This document shows, piece after piece, positions 31,955-37,424 of a DNA stretch of 37,424 bases (within the stretch, counting starts at the first letter, position 1; every line of letters starts with the position of its first letter). Source of the stretch: a virus; IMG/VR virus record IMGVR_UViG_3300028629_000001, positions 1 through 37,424 of that record, one strand, 5' to 3'. The notes beneath the pieces were generated by a model. That model worked only from the letters and a program-made list of their open reading frames with translations, was not told the origin of the DNA and searched no databases. Both the position numbers and the translations under genes were made by a program.

Positions 31955-34900
31955 TTATGGATGATATGGCGTTGCAAGTGAGAAACCAAAACGATACATC
32001 TTAAGAGATTTGTTGTAACTGTCGATAAATGCCACATCAGTACCATTCATCGCGGCAAGAGCAGGTATTCCCCCAGAAAGCGATATACTCCCAGCTGACC
32101 CTACCTGCGCCCAACTTGAACCATTCCAGCGATATACTCTAATGGAATCGTTGGATCTGTCGATAAATGCAACATCGGTACTATTAAGTGCGGTAAGTGC
32201 TACTTGGCCTACTCCCGTTATTGTTAATCCAGAACCTACTTGTGCCCAACTTGAACCATTCCAACGATATACTTTAAGGGATTCGATGTAACTGTCGATA
32301 AATGCCACATCGGTACTATTGAGTGCTGCAAGTGCAGGATAACCTACTCCCGTTATTGTTAATCCAGAACCGACCTGCGCCCAACTTGAACCATTCCAGC
32401 GATATACTCTAATGGAATCGTTGCCACTGTCGATAAATGCCACATCAGTACTACTGAGGGCTGCAAGCGCGGGAGTGCCTGCTCCTGATATTGTTAATCC
32501 AGAACCAACTTGTGTCCAAGTTGAGCCATCCCAGCGATATACTCTAAGAGAAGCGTTGACACCGTCGATAAATGCCACATCGGTACCATTAAGCGCCGCA
32601 AGTGCGGGGTAGCCTATTCCTGATATCGATAACCCAGAACCTACTTGTGCCCACGTTGAACCATTCCAGCGATATACTCTGAGAGAATCGTTGTCCCTGT
32701 CGATAAATGCAACATCGGTACTATTGAGTGCTGCAAGTGCAGCGGAGCCTGCTCCAGATATCGTTAATCCAGAACCTAGTTGCACAGGGCTTGACCATTT
32801 CACACCTCGCACTTCGGCAATATCTAGTTTCGCGCCAACCGCCTCAAGAACCCCAGTTGAATGCGCGAGCCTAAAGCCAGCCGAGGGGAAGCCTGTAGGG
32901 TCGGTAGCGAAATTCGACGATTTGATATATCCTGTGGTGCCTAAAACAATGTTTTGTGCAAAGAGAAAACGGACCAGCAGAGTCTCAAAACTCGTTGCCC
33001 CCGTACCTATGTAGTCAGCCGACACACCATATCCCTGCCTGACGGCATCAAGTACGTAGACAAAGCATAATGATACTTGATTCGCCGTAGGGCTAGGCTG
33101 TTTGGTCCATGTTGTGCCGATATAGGCATAGATGCCACGTTCGGCCCACACTGTGGAGTAAAGCACGGCAAGGTCATTCTCGTGCATTCCCGCGATTGAG
33201 CCACGGCTGGCGTAAGCAAAGAGGCCAAGACATCTAGGTATCATCTCCTCAACGTCATCTTCGCTAAGTTGAGGCAAACCATCCGCAACCCATGACGTTG
33301 TATAAATGTACCATTGCCGAGTATCGGTCTGATAAACGCTATCACCGAAAATCATGCCAGTAAGCGCATTTCTTGCGGTAGTATTGGCTACGTCAGCATA
33401 CCGTTTCGGGGTGAGGCGCGTTGAGTTTGCAAGAGTGATTGATGCGCCAGCTACAGTACAGCGGTAGAGCAGGGAGGCGTCGAGGAATAAATCCCCAATT
33501 TTGGCGGAGGCTTGCGCGAGCGCGAGCGTCGCCCATACTGTGGTTTTCGCGTTTGCCGTTCCTTGCGCGGCGTCGGCGAGAGTTTTTGCCTTCGCAGCGA
33601 TAGCGTTCAGGAGTGCGGTTCTGGCGTCGTAGTAGGCTTTCCACGTTGCCCGGAATGTAGCACCTACGATATCGGTTGTCGTTCCGAGGTTTGCATCAGC
33701 GAGCCACGAAGGAATTCCAGATGTCCAGGTCGTTCCGGCATTTAGATAGGTAGCAAGAGCCTGGAATGCATTATCGTAGGCCGTCTTTTCAGTGGTTATT
33801 CCGAAAGCGGTAGCCTGTGCATCGTTCGCCGTGAGTTCGGCGGCGATTATATTCCACTCGCTTCTTGCGCTAGATTTTTCAACCGGAGTGAGCTTGCTGT
33901 CTGATGCAATATCGGCAAGCAGATTATTTGCGATAGTCGCAGAGGATGCGGCATTGTTGGCGGTAGTCTGCGCATTCGCAGCTGCGGTCACGGCAGAATT
34001 TGCCGTTCCTTGCGCGGCGTCGGCGGCCCCGGCCGCTGCGGTCGCGCAAGCCTGCGCGACGGGATCAGATATCTCCGTCCACGCTGTACCACTCCACTGT
34101 TTCCATACGGCTCCTGTAGCGGTGCGCCAATAATCGCCAATATGTTCATTTTTTAATGCGGTTGTTGTCCAGTCAATTGAAGGGTCGCCAGCTTGCGTAT
34201 AGTAAACAATTGCCCTGTCAACCTGTGTCTGTAGAGCTGAGGCAAGCGTTTCCGCATAATCTTTTGCATCGTCTGCATAATCTGAAGCTATTGATGCTAC
34301 TTCTGCCGCTGTCTGCCCAGCATAATCCCTTACCCATGTATTTGGCATTGTGCCGATATATATTATCCCTTGATAAATTCCGTATTGACCGTTGAAATCC
34401 ACGGGGGCAGAGAGCGTTGCAAGTGCTTTTGTTGCAGGATATGGAATCACGTCTTGTGATGGCGGATATACCGGCGTCACTGTAGATGGCGCCGAGGCTT
34501 TCGGCCCGAAGCTCACCTTGCTATTAAATTCAGGTATTGCACCAGCATCGGCATTGTGCACAGCTGGAGCCGCTTCAAACAATGTCAATTTCGCCGACAA
34601 ATCATCGTTCAAATCAATACCAAATACGATACAGTCAATGGTCTCAAGGCCAGCGATACCGAAGAAGAACATATCTCCGACAGCTGGCATATCATCATTG
34701 ACAGGCATACCGCTTGAAAAAGTAAGCGTGTGTGTGTCGCCAGCAACCGTTGCAACAGGCCAGTAAATTGAAGCCCCACTTGAAGTCCTAAAACGTATAG
34801 CATATGATTTACCTGATTCCATAAACACCGCATTGTCGGTTTCTACAGCGAGAATATCGCCATATTCATCGGTAGTTAATCCTGTAAGCCTGCCATCTGC

Positions 34901-37252
34901 AAGCCCCCACCTAGGCGCCGGATGTGATACTTTCACTAACTCACCGCGCTTCACCGCTAGGTTTTCAGCATCCATGTTGACGGTAAACATCTCTGGACGC
35001 AACCGTCTAGTCGCAAGCAAGTATCTGCCAAAGCCAAACACTTGTGCAGGATTCGTCATATACACGGCTTCAATCGACTCAAACTTTGTCGCTTCGGTAT
35101 ATGAGCTGTCGCTCGTTCTATCGACGCCCCATGCATCACGAAGGACGCCATCCTGTTCGGTATCGTACTTGTAGCCATCGTCAAGCACTATACGCTCATC
35201 GATAACATACTGTTCATTCGAATTTATGAATTTAATCCTATATCCATGGACGACTTCGCCAAAAGATTTTGTTCCTCTGAATCCCCACGAATTATGCGGG
35301 CCGATATGCTGTTTCGGCGTTGTCTGCAAAGCATCCCATACAACGCCATAGGTTCCATCAGACATTGTGAGTGACGCTCGTGCAGGTGAAAGAATCTGCG
35401 CAATCAGCTCAGATAGCTTTGCGCCTTGTGTAACGATTCCATTGGTTTCTATGCGATACTGGCTTCCACTCAAACCTTTCAACGTGTTACACCATTGCGC
35501 GAAGGCATAGACCGAGTTCCAGTCAATCTGTGCGGCGGTTCGTGGCCGTGGATTCCCAGCGCCCATCAACGCATGAACAAATGCAAGTGCAGTATTTTGT
35601 GGGTCGGTAGCAATGATTGATGCCCAATCATGACCTGTATCTTTTTCTGTAATATATGAATAATCGGCACTGACAATACAATTCAATTTCGTGATGCAAT
35701 TTTGTACCGCTTCCGAGCTTTTTATCTTTATGCCAAGAATCGCAACCTTTTTGCGAGTATTGACAGGCATAATATCCAAATCAGTAAAAGATTGCAGGCT
35801 TGTCCAAAACACTACATCCTGAATATTACTATCAGTCGCATCTTCTGTTTCGCGCGCAACGAACACTTCATATTGCCCAGCCGTCAGTGTTGCACTCGTT
35901 GCGACAAACCGCAGGGTTTCAGCTTTGTTGCGTGTAATAGTGTTCGATCCATTGTCAAATGTGCCAAGCAACGTCCACGGGTTTGGGGTAGCACCTGGCG
36001 CAGATTTTAATCGGTAATATGGTTTAACCATGACTGTTGCGTTAAGCTTATCATTATTAGAGTATTTGACAAGTTTTGGAAACGTTATCGTTACCGCAAT
36101 TTTAGTGGTGTTTTTTGCCGTTGTCTGGATATTCGATGGTACAACGATACACCGTGCATGTATTCCAGATTTTGCTTCGTTCACCAAGCCTGTTGCCTGA
36201 TTGCAATAGATTGTTGTCGGCGAAACTCCAGTGACAAGGCATTGTTTATTATTCCCAGCGTTAGAGAATCCAGAGAAGGTAATAAAGTCTCCAACACGAA
36301 TATCAGCATAACTCGTTGTGTCTTTCGTGCCGGTCGCTGTCCAATCACCTGATGAGCGAGTGAAGGTTCTTGCAGCCGCATTTACGGTTATAGTTATCCC
36401 ATTCAATTCTTTAGTTGATTCAAGTACATGATACCGTGCAAGCGCAGCAGAAAGGTTTTGCTCAATGACTTCTTTTGGATAGAGCGAAAGTCCTGTACCA
36501 TTCACGCTGTCTTGCCTTATTTCAGCCTCACAGCCTGGCAAGACACCGTCGCAGACGATTGTACCATTGGTAACATTGGCGCTGTTCGTTGCAATGAGCA
36601 TATCGCCAAACTGGATATTTGACACCTTGAGCGGTGTATATCCAAGAATAAATGCCATGTGTAGATATTGATCTTGGCCATCAACACCTGATATTTCGGT
36701 ATAAGGTGGTGACAGATACCCAGGCGTCATCAAGTGCTTGCCAAACACAAGCGGCACTTTACCGTTCGGATTCGATTGATTTTGTGCGCCATGAATTGAT
36801 GGATGATTTATTGTACCCATCTCATCGGCATAAGGACCACCTATAACGCCAGCACCTGTTAATCCTGCAAGGAACGGAGAGGCTATACCAATAGCAAATC
36901 CAGCAGCAACCCATGCCACTCCGCCTGTAACAATACCAACCGCAATCAAAGCTAGGGATGCAATAGCGCCACCAAATGCTTTTGTATTTGCTGCTTTTCC
37001 CCTGTCGGTATCTTCACTACCGTTCTCTGGAACAATCCTTACAATTATCTCATCATCATCATGCACGATAGTTTTACTTCTATCGTTATTGCTGATAAGT
37101 TTTCCATTGACATAGGTTCTTACCATCAATCCGTGGGGGATGTCATTACGTGCGTTCTTAACAATAGATTCAAGCGTAGCTCCTGATTCTATCGTTTCTT
37201 CGCGTCGTTCGCTTGTGAATGGGTGTGGGAAGAAATATACTTTAGCTGGCAC
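31955..37252 (-). CDS. Host-specificity / central tail fibre protein (gpJ-like) with a fused gpI-like N-terminus and a C-terminal repeat domain
   Basis: The GTG at 37252 overlaps the gpK-like gene by 11 nt. The N-terminus is a ubiquitin-like region plus a Gly-rich hydrophobic segment (gpI-like). The core is J-like (VPLVFGKHLMTPGYLSPPYTEISG...). The protein is 1765 aa. Confidence 0.8.
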   Translation of the reverse strand: MPAKVYFFPHPFTSERREETIESGATLESIVKNARNDIPHGLMVRTYVNGKLISNNDRSKTIVHDDDEIIVRIVPENGSEDTDRGKAANTKAFGGAIASLALIAVGIVTGGVAWVAAGFAIGIASPFLAGLTGAGVIGGPYADEMGTINHPSIHGAQNQSNPNGKVPLVFGKHLMTPGYLSPPYTEISGVDGQDQYLHMAFILGYTPLKVSNIQFGDMLIATNSANVTNGTIVCDGVLPGCEAEIRQDSVNGTGLSLYPKEVIEQNLSAALARYHVLESTKELNGITITVNAAARTFTRSSGDWTATGTKDTTSYADIRVGDFITFSGFSNAGNNKQCLVTGVSPTTIYCNQATGLVNEAKSGIHARCIVVPSNIQTTAKNTTKIAVTITFPKLVKYSNNDKLNATVMVKPYYRLKSAPGATPNPWTLLGTFDNGSNTITRNKAETLRFVATSATLTAGQYEVFVARETEDATDSNIQDVVFWTSLQSFTDLDIMPVNTRKKVAILGIKIKSSEAVQNCITKLNCIVSADYSYITEKDTGHDWASIIATDPQNTALAFVHALMGAGNPRPRTAAQIDWNSVYAFAQWCNTLKGLSGSQYRIETNGIVTQGAKLSELIAQILSPARASLTMSDGTYGVVWDALQTTPKQHIGPHNSWGFRGTKSFGEVVHGYRIKFINSNEQYVIDERIVLDDGYKYDTEQDGVLRDAWGVDRTSDSSYTEATKFESIEAVYMTNPAQVFGFGRYLLATRRLRPEMFTVNMDAENLAVKRGELVKVSHPAPRWGLADGRLTGLTTDEYGDILAVETDNAVFMESGKSYAIRFRTSSGASIYWPVATVAGDTHTLTFSSGMPVNDDMPAVGDMFFFGIAGLETIDCIVFGIDLNDDLSAKLTLFEAAPAVHNADAGAIPEFNSKVSFGPKASAPSTVTPVYPPSQDVIPYPATKALATLSAPVDFNGQYGIYQGIIYIGTMPNTWVRDYAGQTAAEVASIASDYADDAKDYAETLASALQTQVDRAIVYYTQAGDPSIDWTTTALKNEHIGDYWRTATGAVWKQWSGTAWTEISDPVAQACATAAAGAADAAQGTANSAVTAAANAQTTANNAASSATIANNLLADIASDSKLTPVEKSSARSEWNIIAAELTANDAQATAFGITTEKTAYDNAFQALATYLNAGTTWTSGIPSWLADANLGTTTDIVGATFRATWKAYYDARTALLNAIAAKAKTLADAAQGTANAKTTVWATLALAQASAKIGDLFLDASLLYRCTVAGASITLANSTRLTPKRYADVANTTARNALTGMIFGDSVYQTDTRQWYIYTTSWVADGLPQLSEDDVEEMIPRCLGLFAYASRGSIAGMHENDLAVLYSTVWAERGIYAYIGTTWTKQPSPTANQVSLCFVYVLDAVRQGYGVSADYIGTGATSFETLLVRFLFAQNIVLGTTGYIKSSNFATDPTGFPSAGFRLAHSTGVLEAVGAKLDIAEVRGVKWSSPVQLGSGLTISGAGSAALAALNSTDVAFIDRDNDSLRVYRWNGSTWAQVGSGLSISGIGYPALAALNGTDVAFIDGVNASLRVYRWDGSTWTQVGSGLTISGAGTPALAALSSTDVAFIDSGNDSIRVYRWNGSSWAQVGSGLTITGVGYPALAALNSTDVAFIDSYIESLKVYRWNGSSWAQVGSGLTITGVGQVALTALNSTDVAFIDRSNDSIRVYRWNGSSWAQVGSAGSISLSGGIPALAAMNGTDVAFIDSYNKSLKMYRFGFSLATPYHP
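31958..32779 (-). repeat. Six in-frame tandem repeats of 135 nt (45 aa) at the C-terminus of the J-like protein
   Basis: The unit VGSGLTISGxGxPALAALNSTDVAFIDxxNDSLRVYRWNGSSWAQ occurs 6 times; the last copy is degenerate and runs to the stop codon. Confidence 0.9.
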
Positions 37253-37424
37253 GATAATATCCCTCCACCTTCAGCCTAAGCTGTCGAATACCATCGAGCG
37301 GTTCAATCACCGCATCTGTTCCGCGGTTGGTATGCAATATCTCGCCATTGCCAATATAGAGTGCGGTATGGCACAATTTCCCACGAATACGCATCAGTAC
37401 AATATCTCCTTCTTGCGGTTCATC
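37242..37424 (-). CDS. 3' part of the NlpC/P60 gpK-like gene (continuation of 1..355 across the circular junction)
   Basis: The frame reads ...DAVIEPLDGIRQLRLKVEGYYRAS then a stop at 37242..37244. Bases 37298..37424 duplicate 1..127. Confidence 0.85.
   Translation of the reverse strand, partial: DEPQEGDIVLMRIRGKLCHTALYIGNGEILHTNRGTDAVIEPLDGIRQLRLKVEGYYRAS
37298..37424. repeat. Terminal direct repeat, identical to 1..127
   Basis: Direct comparison of the two ends. Confidence 0.95.

Noticed and set aside
64-36846. All plus-strand ORFs in the track (for example 64..576, 2785..3261, 8943..9440, 12622..13047, 15025..15501, 34392..34766)
   Set aside because: Each lies entirely antisense to a longer minus-strand gene with recognisable motifs. 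None has a Shine-Dalgarno sequence. The products are low-complexity (Ser/Ala/Pro/Arg-rich). Those in the tape measure and J regions merely mirror the coding repeats.
1-37424. Search for a reverse transcriptase, integrase, repressor or other lysogeny genes
   Set aside because: No listed ORF shows an RT palm motif (YxDD with the upstream motifs). None shows tyrosine or serine recombinase signatures, or a divergently transcribed CI/Cro-like pair. Their absence is reported rather than any feature.

Overview
The window is a complete, circularly closed genome of a siphovirus-type tailed phage. Bases 1..127 are identical to 37298..37424, so the unique length is 37,297 bp. Every credible gene lies on the minus strand. 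Genes are tightly packed, with many ATGA/GTGA stop-start overlaps and strong AGGAGG-type ribosome-binding sites. Order in the direction of transcription (descending coordinates, wrapping at the window edge): (1) A consensus early promoter near 25940..25968, then small early genes, a Gp157-like protein, a Rad52/Sak-type annealing protein, a replisome organizer with internal iterons, and a NinG/Rap-like nuclease. (2) An AT-rich island carrying a radical-SAM gene, flanked by two paralogous small genes. (3) A ParB-like protein, small and large terminase, portal, MuF/gp7-like head protein, scaffold, SPP1-gp13-like capsid and connector proteins. (4) The tail tube, G/T chaperones, a 1362-aa tape measure with 12 tandem 47-aa repeats, and M/L/K-like tip proteins. 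(5) A 1765-aa I-J fusion host-specificity protein ending in six 45-aa repeats, then a lectin-fold tail fibre. (6) A truncated avd, a second ParB-like gene, the lysis cassette and a metallophosphoesterase. I found no integrase, repressor, tRNA, rRNA or CRISPR array. The most interesting signal is the footprint of a diversity-generating retroelement (DGR) with no reverse transcriptase anywhere in the genome. The fibre gene's 3' end (30330..30440) and a non-coding copy 1.3 kb downstream (29010..29120) share a 111-bp unit. The two copies differ at 20 positions, all at codon positions 1 or 2 of 13 codons. That is the pattern expected if both copies were diversified from one AAY-rich template that is no longer present. 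Other points worth a second look: the radical-SAM island that truncated a dam-like gene, a promoter plus Y-shaped RNA structure plus terminator just upstream of the replication gene, ori-like iterons, and two fully overlapping membrane-protein-like ORFs sharing one RBS. All functional calls rest on motifs and gene order read by eye; no database search was run.
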